In this document: positions 9,401 to 19,267 of the stretch, piece by piece
Numbering within the stretch: the stretch's first letter is position 1
Layout of the letters: each line of letters begins with the position of its first letter
Origin: Vulcanimicrobiota bacterium
Lineage (GTDB): Bacteria > Vulcanimicrobiota > Vulcanimicrobiia > Vulcanimicrobiales > Vulcanimicrobiaceae
NCBI GenBank assembly: GCA_963812155.1
Contig: CAWETW010000001.1
Span: 672,001 to 736,000 of the forward strand
Direction of reading: 5' to 3'
Length of the DNA stretch: 64,000 nt
Notes under the pieces: generated by a model
Seen by the model: only the letters and a program-made list of their open reading frames with translations
The model's database searches: none
Told to the model about the DNA's origin: nothing
Made by a program: the position numbers and the translations under genes

Positions 9401-10675
9401 GTGAAACCAACGTCTTTTGTGACTCTCGCCTTTGCATTGACGGCGCTTGCGACCGGATGCGGCGATCGCAGCGGCGGCCTACCGTTGACGGCCGCGACGG
9501 AACGATTGTCGCCGGCGAACGGGTCGCACTACGTATCGGTTTACAGCTTCAAAGGCGGCAGCGATGGGGCGACCCCGCTCAAGCATCTGCTCAACGAGTA
9601 TGGCGTGCTGTACGGGACGACCTCGGCGGGCGGGACAGGCTCGCTGTGCGAAAACGGATGCGGTACGGTTTTTGAAATTACCACGTCCGGAAAAGAAAAC
9701 GTTCTCTACAGTTTCAAGGGAGGCAGCGACGGCGCGAACCCAGTTGCCGGCCTTATCCGCGTCAACGATCAGTTTTACGGGACGACGCTCTACGGCGGCA
9801 CCGAGAACTTCGGAACCATCTACTCGATCGGCCCGACCGGTGAAGAGAGCGTGTTACACAGTTTCGGAAAGGAGCCGGACGGTAGATACCCTATCGGCGG
9901 ACTGATCTACGTTCGCCACACACTCTACGGAACGACCTACGAAGGAGGCGGGAGCCGCCATTGCGATCGACGTCACGGCGCTGGAGCCGACGCGCCTGGA
10001 TATCCGGGATGCGGATCGGTTTTCGAAGCGACGCTCTCGGGAAGCGAAACGATCGTACATAAATTCAATAACAATCCGGATGGTGCATATCCCTCAGCCG
10101 GATTGTTTTCCGTACGTGGGACGCTCTACGGAACGACCTGGGGCGGCGGCCATTACGAATCGTTTTGTGGTTCTCAGTGCGGTACCGTCTTTAGCATCGA
10201 TAGCGAGGGCCGCGAACACGTCGTCTATCGATTCAAAGGGCCGCCCGACGGGTTTAACCCTACGGCGCCTCTGCTGTTTAATAACGGAGACTTGTACGGC
10301 ACCACGACTGAGGGCGGCAGAGACATCAGCGGTGGTTCCGTTTTTCGGCTGGGATTGAGCGGTCAAGAATCAGTCATCGCCAGCTTCCTCATACAGCCGT
10401 GGTATCCGGGCCCGACCGCCGGGTTGACGTACGTGAACGGCAACTTCTACGGCACCACCGAATACAGTTATAACGGGTCCGCATCCGCGCCGGGAGATGG
10501 CAGCGTCTTTAAGTTGAGCCCTTCCGGTAAACTTACGGTGCTTCACGTTTTCAAAGGCGGAGTCGACGGCAAGAATCCGCAAGGAGCGCTCGTCAACGTG
10601 AACGGTACGCTCTACGGCACGACCTCCGCAGGCGGAACGGCCGGCTTTGGCACGATATTTAAAATAACGCCCTAG
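9401..10675 (+). CDS. Lipoprotein with choice-of-anchor GloVer-type tandem repeats (beta-propeller)
   Basis: Lipobox ATGC; about 7 repeats of G-x-LYGTT-x2-GG...GTVF...E-x-VLYSF-x-GG-x-DG-x2-P. Confidence 0.85.
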   Translation: MKPTSFVTLAFALTALATGCGDRSGGLPLTAATERLSPANGSHYVSVYSFKGGSDGATPLKHLLNEYGVLYGTTSAGGTGSLCENGCGTVFEITTSGKENVLYSFKGGSDGANPVAGLIRVNDQFYGTTLYGGTENFGTIYSIGPTGEESVLHSFGKEPDGRYPIGGLIYVRHTLYGTTYEGGGSRHCDRRHGAGADAPGYPGCGSVFEATLSGSETIVHKFNNNPDGAYPSAGLFSVRGTLYGTTWGGGHYESFCGSQCGTVFSIDSEGREHVVYRFKGPPDGFNPTAPLLFNNGDLYGTTTEGGRDISGGSVFRLGLSGQESVIASFLIQPWYPGPTAGLTYVNGNFYGTTEYSYNGSASAPGDGSVFKLSPSGKLTVLHVFKGGVDGKNPQGALVNVNGTLYGTTSAGGTAGFGTIFKITP

Positions 10676-10722
10676 AAATCGTTAGACGTCGGATAAGGAC
10701 GGGCGCTCGATTCCAATGCCGC

Positions 10723-12069
10723 TCATTGGGAAGTCTTACTTTGAAAAGATCGGAACGTCGCGCGAACGTCTTCCGAAAACAGTTGCGGCTGCTCCCACGC
10801 GGCAAAGTGCCCGCCAACGTCGTGCTTCTTGTAATACACAAGCTTCGGATACGCTTTCTCCGACCAGCTTCGCGGCGCCGTGTAGATCTCGTGAGGAAAC
10901 GCGCTCACGCCGGTCGGAACCTTTACGCCCGCCACATTGAAAAAGCCGAGTTTGTTTTCCCAGTAGAGACGCGCCGACGAGATTCCCGTCTTCGTCAACC
11001 AGTACATCGTGATGTTATCCAGAACGTCGTCGCGCGAAAGGCCACCTGGGTTGCCTGCAAAGGCCGGCGCGATCATCTCATAGCTGTCTTTGTCATGATC
11101 GAGAATCCAAGCGGCCAACCCGATCGGTGAATCGAGGAGACCGTAAAGCGTCTGGGGGCGATTCGCCATTTCGACGGCGTACCCAAGGTGATGTGTATAA
11201 AAGTCGGCCAACTGCCGATATGCGTTCAGTTCGTCGCCCGCAAGGCCGGCGGGCGGCGGCGCGTTGGCGATTGCCTTCGCTAAGATGTCGTCGGGAACGG
11301 TTCCCGGCATATTACTGTGAATGGCAACGACGTGGTCCGGGGCGATTATTGCTAACTGTTGCGTTACCGACGCGCCCCAGTCGCCGCCTTGCGCGGCGAA
11401 TTTATCATATCCGAGGCGATTCATCAGTACGACCCAGGCTTTCGCAACCCGTATGGGATCCCAGCCTAGGGCCGCCGGCTCGCCCGAATAGCCGTATCCG
11501 GGAAGCGACGGAATCACAACGTGAAACGCGTCCGACGCGCTAGCGCCGTGCGCCGTCGGATCGGTCAACGGTCCGATAACCTTCATTTGCTCGATGATCG
11601 AACCGGGCCACCCGTGGGTGATGACGAGCGGCAATGCGGTGTCGTGTTTAGAACGAACGTGAATGAAGTGGATGTCGACTCCATCGATCTGGGTGACAAA
11701 CTGCGGCGTCGCATTCAATCGAGCCTCGATCTTGCGCCAATCGTAGCCGTCCGCCCAATAAGCAGCTAGCGCCTGCGTCGTCGCCAACTGCACCCCTTGC
11801 GTATCATCTTGGACCAGCTCCCGTGTTGGCCACCTCGTCGCGGTGATGCGCCTGCGCAAATCGCTAAGTTCCGATTCGGGAACGTTTATGTGAGGAAACG
11901 GACGAATAGCAGCATCGCTACCCGTGCGCTCTGCAACGGTAGTCATTGCGGAATTCCCTTTCGAAGTGCCCGAAGTGCCGTTAGAGTGCGCGCAACCGAA
12001 GATACCTAGGGGAGCGGCGGCGACGGCCATCGCCGCGGCCCTACAGAAGTCATGCCGATCAATCAACAT
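10723..12069 (-). CDS. Epoxide hydrolase family protein (EHN N-terminal domain)
   Basis: HGWPGS, PSLPGYGYS, QGGDWG and GGHFAAWEQP motifs. Confidence 0.9.
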   Translation of the reverse strand: MLIDRHDFCRAAAMAVAAAPLGIFGCAHSNGTSGTSKGNSAMTTVAERTGSDAAIRPFPHINVPESELSDLRRRITATRWPTRELVQDDTQGVQLATTQALAAYWADGYDWRKIEARLNATPQFVTQIDGVDIHFIHVRSKHDTALPLVITHGWPGSIIEQMKVIGPLTDPTAHGASASDAFHVVIPSLPGYGYSGEPAALGWDPIRVAKAWVVLMNRLGYDKFAAQGGDWGASVTQQLAIIAPDHVVAIHSNMPGTVPDDILAKAIANAPPPAGLAGDELNAYRQLADFYTHHLGYAVEMANRPQTLYGLLDSPIGLAAWILDHDKDSYEMIAPAFAGNPGGLSRDDVLDNITMYWLTKTGISSARLYWENKLGFFNVAGVKVPTGVSAFPHEIYTAPRSWSEKAYPKLVYYKKHDVGGHFAAWEQPQLFSEDVRATFRSFQSKTSQ

Positions 12070-12173
12070 CGATTCACCGCCTGAGCAAACGCCTGCGGGT
12101 CACCACCAGCGGCGGAAGCCAACAATACCCCGGCTTGGTTAGCCTGTCAAGCAATCTAGTGTGGTCGCAGAAG

Positions 12174-12202
12174 CACTTCACGCGTTGCGCTCAGCGTGAC
12201 AC
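12174..12202 (+). repeat. REP-like element, short copy
   Basis: cacttca-cgcgttgcg-ctcagcgtgacac shares the 3' end of the family. Confidence 0.55.
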
Positions 12203-12213
12203 AAGACGCTGCG

Positions 12214-13725
12214 TTAAAGGTTGGGGGCGAGGGCGGCGTCGATACGCGTTTCGAACGTGCGGTTCCACGGGAGGTCGATTTCGAGTGCGGCAATGTGATA
12301 GCCGGGATCGAGCTGTGCGAGGATCGAGACGGCTCGCTGCCATAGCAACGCGCGATCGCGCTCGCTCAACGGCGCAGCGACGGCTCCCGGAAGCAGCGTG
12401 TGGTCGGCGACGTGCTGCGACTCGAGCACCGCGTTGAGGTCGGGGCGAACCTCGTCGTGGAACGCGTAGTCGTCGAGGAAACGCACGAACGTAAACGTTC
12501 GATGCGCGAGGCCGTCGTACGTACCGGCGCGTCTTCCGGCGCCGGCCGCAATCGCCTCGGAGAGCGCCGTGCCGACGGTGTTCGCGTCGGTGTTCCACGA
12601 CGCGTACGCGTCGAGTCGCGACGCCAAGCCCGAATCGAGAAGCCCGCGTGCGAATGCCGCCTGGTCCGCATACGAGCGCAGAAACGAGAGATCGGCTAGC
12701 GCGACTTGTCGCCCGCGCCCCGCTTCGTCACGCATTGCGGTTTGAAACGCAGCGTCTTGAGCGGCGGTCGTTCCGGGAATGCGAAAGAACAGCGTGATGT
12801 CGGGCGCTGCGTCGTCGCGAACGCCCCCGCACAGCGCGATGAGTTGGCCGATCGTCGTATCCACCGGCGCAAACTCGAGCGGATCTTGAAACGCCGCGCC
12901 GTCAGGGGTCGAGTACGCAACCGCGATGCGCGGCGTCCAGTGCGCGCGTCGCGCCAGAGCCTGCGCGACCAGCGACATGCCGAGTTCGTCGGCGCCCGGT
13001 TCGATCGACACGCGATCGCCGAGCCCCTGGTCACGAACCAACGATTGCAGCAACTGCACCTCGCGCACGTGCAGCCCGAACCGGCCGGCATCGTCTTGCC
13101 CGAGTACGAGCCGGTCGAACGTTTTCGATGCGGCCATGTCGAGTAAGTACCGATCGACGGCGAGGTTGCGCGCGCGTGTGGCGATGTATGCGTCGAACGT
13201 TGCTTGCGGTATCGCGCTTTGCAGCCGCTGCGCCTCCGCCGCTTCGCTCGCCAGCGGAGGATCGTGCAAATTCGCATACTGCTGCAGGTATTGCCACACG
13301 GGATAGGCCGCAAAGTAGTCGGTGCCGGCGGGGATGCCCGTCGGTGCCAGCCGCATCACGGTGCCGAAGACGCCGACGAACGCGTCGGGGCGCAGGGCGC
13401 GCGTTACGCGGAGTTGCGTCAGCCGCGATCGAGCGCCGGCGTAGGACGCTCCGGGAACGCGCGAGGCGATCAACCCGCCGTACGCGAGCATGTCCGACGA
13501 GACGACGAAGGCGGCATTTTCCCGCTTACGGCTCGCGCGGTTGAGCCAACGGCCGATCGCATCGGCGTTGCCGGGCGTGAGATAGTGCCCGAGGTCGCTC
13601 GGCGGCGGAGTCGATATCGTGACGCCGGCGATGCGGCCGAGCATGACGGGAAGCTGCGCCGTTACCGGCCTGTCGTCCATCGGTACGAACGCGATGGCGG
13701 CGAGGAGCAGCGCGGGAACGATCAC
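12214..13725 (-). CDS. DUF4127 family protein
   Basis: FVPMDDRPV, SSDMLAYGGLIASR, LGQDD, PGADE and YASWNT..NTVGTA motifs; GTG overlaps the murQ TGA. Confidence 0.85.
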   Translation of the reverse strand: MIVPALLLAAIAFVPMDDRPVTAQLPVMLGRIAGVTISTPPPSDLGHYLTPGNADAIGRWLNRASRKRENAAFVVSSDMLAYGGLIASRVPGASYAGARSRLTQLRVTRALRPDAFVGVFGTVMRLAPTGIPAGTDYFAAYPVWQYLQQYANLHDPPLASEAAEAQRLQSAIPQATFDAYIATRARNLAVDRYLLDMAASKTFDRLVLGQDDAGRFGLHVREVQLLQSLVRDQGLGDRVSIEPGADELGMSLVAQALARRAHWTPRIAVAYSTPDGAAFQDPLEFAPVDTTIGQLIALCGGVRDDAAPDITLFFRIPGTTAAQDAAFQTAMRDEAGRGRQVALADLSFLRSYADQAAFARGLLDSGLASRLDAYASWNTDANTVGTALSEAIAAGAGRRAGTYDGLAHRTFTFVRFLDDYAFHDEVRPDLNAVLESQHVADHTLLPGAVAAPLSERDRALLWQRAVSILAQLDPGYHIAALEIDLPWNRTFETRIDAALAPNL

Positions 13726-14606
13726 AAAACGGCACGCAGCACGCCGTCGTGCTGCGCGAGCAGCGCCTCCGCGGTTTCCACATCGAGACCGCGGCGCTGC
13801 ATCACGACCGCAACCTTCACGCGACCGCTGGTCCGCGCCAGGAGTTCTTCGGCGCGCGTTCGATCGACCTCGGCGATCGCGCACACGAGCCGCAACGCGC
13901 GGTCGCGCAGCTTCTGGTTGGTCGCGACGAGGTCGACCATCAGATTGTCGTGCACTTTCCCGAGGCGCACCATCACGGCCGTGGAAATCGCGTTGAGGGC
14001 GATTTTCTGCGCGGTCCCGGCTTTCATGCGGGTCGAACCGGCGATGGCTTCAGCCCCGGTCGCGAGCACGATGGCGTTCTCGGCGGCGGCTTCCAACGCC
14101 GAACCTTCGGTGTTGACCAGTGCAACGGTGTAAGCACCAATTTCGCGAGCCCGTTCGATCGCACCAAGCACGAACGCGGCAGTTCCGCCGGCGGAGATTC
14201 CGACGACGGCATCGTCCGCCTGCACGTGTTGCGACATCGCGGCGGCACCGGCTGCGCGATCGTCCTCGGCGCCTTCGACGGCGCGTTGGAGCGCTTCGCT
14301 TCCGCCGGCTACGTGCGCCCGCACCGTATCGCCAGGCGTTCCGAACGTCGGCGGCATCTCGGCGGCGTCGAGCGCACCGAGACGGCCACTGCTGCCGGCG
14401 CCCGCATAGTGCAGCCGTCCGCCGCGCGCGATGCGCGCGGCAATTTCGTCGACGGCGGCAGCGATGCGCTGCGTCTGCGCGGCCACCGCTTCGGCCGCGC
14501 CGCGCTGCTCGGCGACGAGCGTGGCAACGAGTTGCGACGTCGCCATCACGTCGAGCCCGGCCGTGTGCAATGCGACGCGTTCGGTTTCGGGAAGTTCCGC
14601 GCTCAC
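13722..14606 (-). CDS. murQ: N-acetylmuramic acid 6-phosphate etherase
   Basis: YAGAGSSGRLG.LDAAE.PPTFG, AVEGAED, GSTRMKAGTAQK, NLMVD..ATN.KL. Confidence 0.95.
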   Translation of the reverse strand: MSAELPETERVALHTAGLDVMATSQLVATLVAEQRGAAEAVAAQTQRIAAAVDEIAARIARGGRLHYAGAGSSGRLGALDAAEMPPTFGTPGDTVRAHVAGGSEALQRAVEGAEDDRAAGAAAMSQHVQADDAVVGISAGGTAAFVLGAIERAREIGAYTVALVNTEGSALEAAAENAIVLATGAEAIAGSTRMKAGTAQKIALNAISTAVMVRLGKVHDNLMVDLVATNQKLRDRALRLVCAIAEVDRTRAEELLARTSGRVKVAVVMQRRGLDVETAEALLAQHDGVLRAVL

Positions 14607-15517
14607 GGGGTGCCGTTCTGCAGGAGCGCACGTGCCCGCGCGAGCGCACCCATATACGGTTCGGCGGCATCTTTGACGATTTCGAGCTTCGGCAGCTCGT
14701 TGGCGATACGCGTTTCGATCAAGTACGTCAGAAGGCTGTTGCTCCGCAACAGTCCGCCGGCCCATACGAGCGGAAGAGTGCGGCCTTCGGCGCCGGCGCT
14801 GCGGCAGAGGGCGCGCACGAGTTCGAAGAGTTCGAGCGCCGCGGTTTGGACGATTTTCACCGCAGTGCGCTCGCCGTCGCCGGCAGATGCGATGACGTCC
14901 GGCGCGACCGAGGCGACCGCGGTGACGGGCGATCCCGCGCCGTAAGCAAAACGGCTGAGCTCGTCGAGACTACGGGCGGCGGTGCGCTCGGCCAGACGCT
15001 CCGTCAGCCGATCGTGCGGAACGCGGCCTTCCATCGCGCGGCGCAACAGCCGCAGCGCCGCCGCGCCGATCGCAAAGCCGGAGCCTTCATCGCCGAATGC
15101 ATATCCGCCGCCGCCGGCGCGGAACGATTGCGTGCCGATCTCCGCGTAGGCCGCCGAACCGGTGCCGGCGACGAGCACCATGGCGTCGCCTTGGGGAATT
15201 CCCGCGCGCAGCGCGATGTGCAGATCGTGCGTGACCGCGATGCGTGCCGCCGGGAAGCGCGCCATCAACGCGCGCGTCATTGCGTCGGCGATTTCCGGGC
15301 GCGCGGCCCCGGCAGCGCCGACAGCGATCGCGTCGGGTTCGTCGCATTGCAGCGCCTGCGAAATGATTGCGGCGATCGTCTCCGCCGCCGCATCGACGCC
15401 GCAAATATTGGCGTTTGCGCCCGCGCCCTCGAACGTGCGAGGCGTTTCGTCTCCACGGGCGGCGGCCGCAATCGTCTGCGTGCCGCCGGCGTCAACGCCT
15501 ACGGCGACGCCGCGCAT
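14603..15517 (-). CDS. BadF/BadG/BcrA/BcrD-type N-acetylglucosamine/MurNAc kinase
   Basis: GVDAGGTQT, LVAGTGS and RAGGGG..GDEGSG motifs. Confidence 0.85.
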   Translation of the reverse strand: MRGVAVGVDAGGTQTIAAAARGDETPRTFEGAGANANICGVDAAAETIAAIISQALQCDEPDAIAVGAAGAARPEIADAMTRALMARFPAARIAVTHDLHIALRAGIPQGDAMVLVAGTGSAAYAEIGTQSFRAGGGGYAFGDEGSGFAIGAAALRLLRRAMEGRVPHDRLTERLAERTAARSLDELSRFAYGAGSPVTAVASVAPDVIASAGDGERTAVKIVQTAALELFELVRALCRSAGAEGRTLPLVWAGGLLRSNSLLTYLIETRIANELPKLEIVKDAAEPYMGALARARALLQNGTP

Positions 15518-16644
15518 TCGCGCTCCACTTCGGCGAGTAATTCGTGCAGGCGATACGGAGCGATTGCGCCCAACGGCACCGCACGCGCGGCGCCGGTCGC
15601 GCGCGGCACGTTACTCGCGCGGCCGCGCAGCGTCTCGTAACCGAGCACCGCGAATCCAATCGCCTCTTTTGCTTCCGCCGGAATGCCCATCGCGTCGGTC
15701 GTTTCGACGCGCAGAGGCGAAAGCCGCGCGGCGATGCGCCCCATCACATGCCGGTTGCGCGTGCCGCCGCCCGCGACGAACGCGCTCGCCGGCGAGAAAC
15801 CGCGTGCGCGCACCGCATCGGTGAGCGTCGCCGCCGTCAGTTCTGCCAGCGTCGCAAGCCCGTCTTCGAGCGTAAGGTTCGCGAGCGCCGATTGGTGCGC
15901 CGCGAGAAACTGGTCGCCGAATCGCTCGCGTCCGGTGCTCTTGGGCGGCGGCTGCGCGAAATACGGATCGGAGAGCATCGCGGCGAGCACGCCGGCGTCG
16001 ACACGCCCGGCCGCCGCCAGCGCGCCGTCGCGATCCATCGGCATTGCGCCGCCGGTGCGGGCACGAACGAACGCATCGAGCAGCATGTTGCCGGGGCCGG
16101 TGTCGAACGCCGTCACGCTTCCGTCGCCACGGAGCAGCGTCACGTTTGCGATGCCGCCGAGGTTGATGGCGACGCGGTCTTCATCGGCGCGTGCGAAAAG
16201 CAGGGCGTCGACGTACGGAATCAACGGCGCGCCGTGGCCGCCGGCCGCGCAATCGGCGCTGCGAAAATCGTAGCATACCGTCGCCCGCAGGCGTTCGCGG
16301 ATGACGAAGGCGTCACCCATTTGCAGCGTCGTCGAGTTGGGGCCGTCGTGGAAAAGCGTCTGCCCGTGCGAGGCGACGAAACCGATCGCATGCGCGCCCG
16401 CGACGCTCTGCGCCGCACCTGCGAACGCCTCGCCGAGCGCGCGATGCAGCCGCGCCGCATCGGCCACCGTGCCGATGTTGGGCGGCATCGCGGCCCGCAA
16501 CCGTGCGAGCAACCCTTCGTCGAAGGGGTGCGTTTCGAATTGCAGGAGCTCGAGCGCGTAGGTATCGCCGCGCGGAACGATCTCGACGAGCGCGGCATCA
16601 ACGCCGTCGAGCGACGTTCCGCTCATCAACCCGATCGCGATCAT
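15499..16644 (-). CDS. anmK: Anhydro-N-acetylmuramic acid kinase
   Basis: IGLMSGTSLDGVD, SHGQT, DFR..D.AAGG.GAPL, NLGGIAN, FDTGPGN, PKSTGRE. Confidence 0.95.
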   Translation of the reverse strand: MIAIGLMSGTSLDGVDAALVEIVPRGDTYALELLQFETHPFDEGLLARLRAAMPPNIGTVADAARLHRALGEAFAGAAQSVAGAHAIGFVASHGQTLFHDGPNSTTLQMGDAFVIRERLRATVCYDFRSADCAAGGHGAPLIPYVDALLFARADEDRVAINLGGIANVTLLRGDGSVTAFDTGPGNMLLDAFVRARTGGAMPMDRDGALAAAGRVDAGVLAAMLSDPYFAQPPPKSTGRERFGDQFLAAHQSALANLTLEDGLATLAELTAATLTDAVRARGFSPASAFVAGGGTRNRHVMGRIAARLSPLRVETTDAMGIPAEAKEAIGFAVLGYETLRGRASNVPRATGAARAVPLGAIAPYRLHELLAEVERECAASP

Positions 16645-17748
16645 CGTGCGGATTCCAGAGCGTCAACGACGGCTTCGTAAAACGCCGCGCGCGTGTCGCG
16701 CGTATCGTAACGTCCGAAGTACACGGAGTTGGTCAGCAGCACGGCTTGGAGGTCGCGCACTGGATCGGCCCACACGCACGTGCCGACGAAGCCGGTGTGT
16801 CCGAAACTCGAGCGGTCCATCAATCGACCGCACGAATTCTCATCGTTGGTCTTGAGCGCCCAGCCCAAACCGCGACGCAGCACCGGGTCGTAGGCCTGTT
16901 CGCGCACCGCCTCGCGCACGAGTTCAACGTCGAGCAAAGCGTTCGCTCGACCGCGCAGCGGACCGAGATAGGCCTCCGTCAGCAACGCAACGTCGCGTGC
17001 GGTGCCGAACAAGCCGGCGTGTCCGGCGACGCCGTTCATCAAATACGTCTTTTCGTCGTGCACGAAACCTTGCACGCGGCCGCGCCAGTCGTCTTCTTCC
17101 GTCGCCGGGATCGACGCGCGCTCGCTCGCACGCGGGCGAAATCCCAACGATGGCGATGCGAACGTTTCGCGCACCAATTCGGGGAGGCTGGTTCCGGTCA
17201 CACGTTCGACGAGCACGCCAAGCGCGATGAAGCCCAGATCGCTGTAGATCACGCGTTCGCCCGGTCGTGCAACGAGATCGCGTTCGAGCGCGAAACGTTC
17301 GACGTTTTCGCTCGCGATGGTGCGATAGTCGGCGCCCGAGTTCATTCCGGACGTATGGTCGAGCAGCATGCGCATGCGTGATGGCGGCGTGCGCGTCCTT
17401 CGACTGCGCCGCTTCGCGGCTTCGCTCAGGATGACACCCTTGAGCGTTTCGCTCCACAGGTGAGTGACGGGCTTGAGCGTTTCGCACGGCAAGTGAGTCG
17501 TCGAGGGTCAAGCGTTCCGCGGCGACGAGGCGGAGCGCAACGGTGCTAACGAAGAGTTTCGTCAGCGATGCGAGATCGAAGCGTGTATCGACGTACACCG
17601 GACGCGCAAGCCCGTCGGCGCGCGTCGTGCCGTAGGCGCGTTCGAATACGACGGTGCCGTGCGATTCAATGCGCGCGACTGCACCGGTGAATTCACTGCC
17701 GCAGGCATCACGCAATACTCGGTCGACGCCCTCGAAGCGATCAGGCAT
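16641..17748 (-). CDS. Serine hydrolase, beta-lactamase class C-like (AmiE-like amidase/esterase); in-frame REP insertion and one frameshift near 17377
   Basis: ASLTK (SxxK), IYSD.GF, G.VHDE, AGHAGLF and FGHTGF motifs spread over ORFs 16924..17943 and 16641..17492. Confidence 0.8.
17397..17437 (+). repeat. REP-like element inside a coding sequence
   Basis: ccttcgact-gcgccgcttcgcggc-ttcgctcaggatgacac. Confidence 0.8.
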
Positions 17749-19267
17749 CGAGCGTAGACGCGTCGCCGGAATCGAGATCGACGGGCATACGCCCTTGCGG
17801 AAGGGTGCCGCCGAAGAGCACGTCGGCGAGCCCGCCGATCGCGGCCGCGTCGTCGCCGTAGGCGGCCAGCACGTGGCGGGCGCGCGCGAAGAGCGGCACG
17901 TCGAACGGCTCGAGCATCGAAACGACGAGCGCGTCGTGCGCATCGGCGAGAATGCGGTCGATCGCGGCCGCCTGCGCGTCGTGCAAATGCGCGCGTCGTG
18001 CCAGGATCAGCGCACGCCGGCCGCTTTGGCGAATCGCGCGCAATGCCGCTTCGACTTCTTCCGCTGCCGGATCCAGCGGCAGCTTCAGTTCTGAAAGCGC
18101 CGGAGACTCGTGGCGTAACGATTCGCGTGCCCGCGTGCCGGCTACGTTGATGCCTTCAAGATGGTCGCCTTCGAACGAAACGGCGATCGCGGCCAACGGA
18201 TCGACGTGCGCGAATCCACGCACCAGCGTCACGCCGCGGCGGGCGATTTCGCGGCCGACGCCGGGATGCGGCGGAAACGCATCGAGCGGAATCGGCGGTT
18301 GGGCGGCGCGCCGCAGTGCCGCAACGCGCGTAAAGGCTTCTTCCAGCCGTCCGCGCGGAAGCGTTGCATCGGTCACCGCACGTTCGATCGCAGCGACGAT
18401 CTCGAGCGCGAGCGCGAGACTGCGGCTAACGAGCAACACGTCGGCACCCGCCGCGAGTGCCGCAACCGCATTATCGACCGTGCCGCCGCGCCCGTCGAGC
18501 GCCGACATCTGCAGGCAATCGGTGACGAATGCGCCGTCGAATCCGAGCTCGCCGCGCAAAAGGCCGCCAATGACGAGTTCTGACGAGGTTGCGGGATTCA
18601 CGGCGTCGAGCGCCGTCGCGACGACGTGCGCGCCCATGATCGCGGGAGCGTTCCGCGCGACCGCAGCGAACGGAACGACGTCGCGCGCGCGCAGCGTTTG
18701 CGCATCGTCCCTCACCAACGGCAGCGCTTCGTGCGAATCGGTCGCCGTCGCGCCATGGCCGGTAAAGTGTTTGTAGCACGGGACGACGCCGCCGCGCAGC
18801 AGACCGGCGGCGTACGCCGATCCGAGCGCAGCAACGGCGTCGGGCCGCGAGCCCAACGAGCGCGTGCCGATCACGGTGTTGCCTGCGTGCAACGCGAGAT
18901 CGAGTACCGGCGCAAAGTTCATCGTGCAGCCGGCGCGCCGCAAATCGAACGCGACCTGTTCTCCGGCGCGACCCGCGAGTTCGAGATCGTCCGCTGCGCC
19001 GAGCGACATCATCGACGGCATCGGCTCGACTCCGTCGCGCAGCCGCACGACGCGGCCGCCCTCCTGATCGATCGCGATCGCGGGCGCGGTTCCGTCGTCG
19101 AACGCGCGCTCGCGCAGCCGATCGGTGAGCGCGCGCACGTGCGGCAGCGACGACGCATTACGCGCAAACAACACGTAGCCGCCCATCAACGGCAGCGACG
19201 GATCGAACGTCTCGCCTTCGAATCCGCAAAACACGACGCCGCGTGCGAGCGCGTTGAGGCCGTTCAT
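17741..19267 (-). CDS. nagZ: Beta-N-acetylhexosaminidase (GH3)
   Basis: IDQEGGRV, NFAPVLD, KHFTGHG.T.TDSH and VTDCL.M motifs; two-domain form. Confidence 0.88.
   Translation of the reverse strand: MNGLNALARGVVFCGFEGETFDPSLPLMGGYVLFARNASSLPHVRALTDRLRERAFDDGTAPAIAIDQEGGRVVRLRDGVEPMPSMMSLGAADDLELAGRAGEQVAFDLRRAGCTMNFAPVLDLALHAGNTVIGTRSLGSRPDAVAALGSAYAAGLLRGGVVPCYKHFTGHGATATDSHEALPLVRDDAQTLRARDVVPFAAVARNAPAIMGAHVVATALDAVNPATSSELVIGGLLRGELGFDGAFVTDCLQMSALDGRGGTVDNAVAALAAGADVLLVSRSLALALEIVAAIERAVTDATLPRGRLEEAFTRVAALRRAAQPPIPLDAFPPHPGVGREIARRGVTLVRGFAHVDPLAAIAVSFEGDHLEGINVAGTRARESLRHESPALSELKLPLDPAAEEVEAALRAIRQSGRRALILARRAHLHDAQAAAIDRILADAHDALVVSMLEPFDVPLFARARHVLAAYGDDAAAIGGLADVLFGGTLPQGRMPVDLDSGDASTLDA

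Noticed and set aside
13204..17381. Long plus-strand ORFs antisense to the murQ operon (and similar ones such as 29709..31388 and 40146..41357)
   Set aside because: Arg/Ala-rich shadow ORFs expected in high-GC coding DNA; no recognisable motifs
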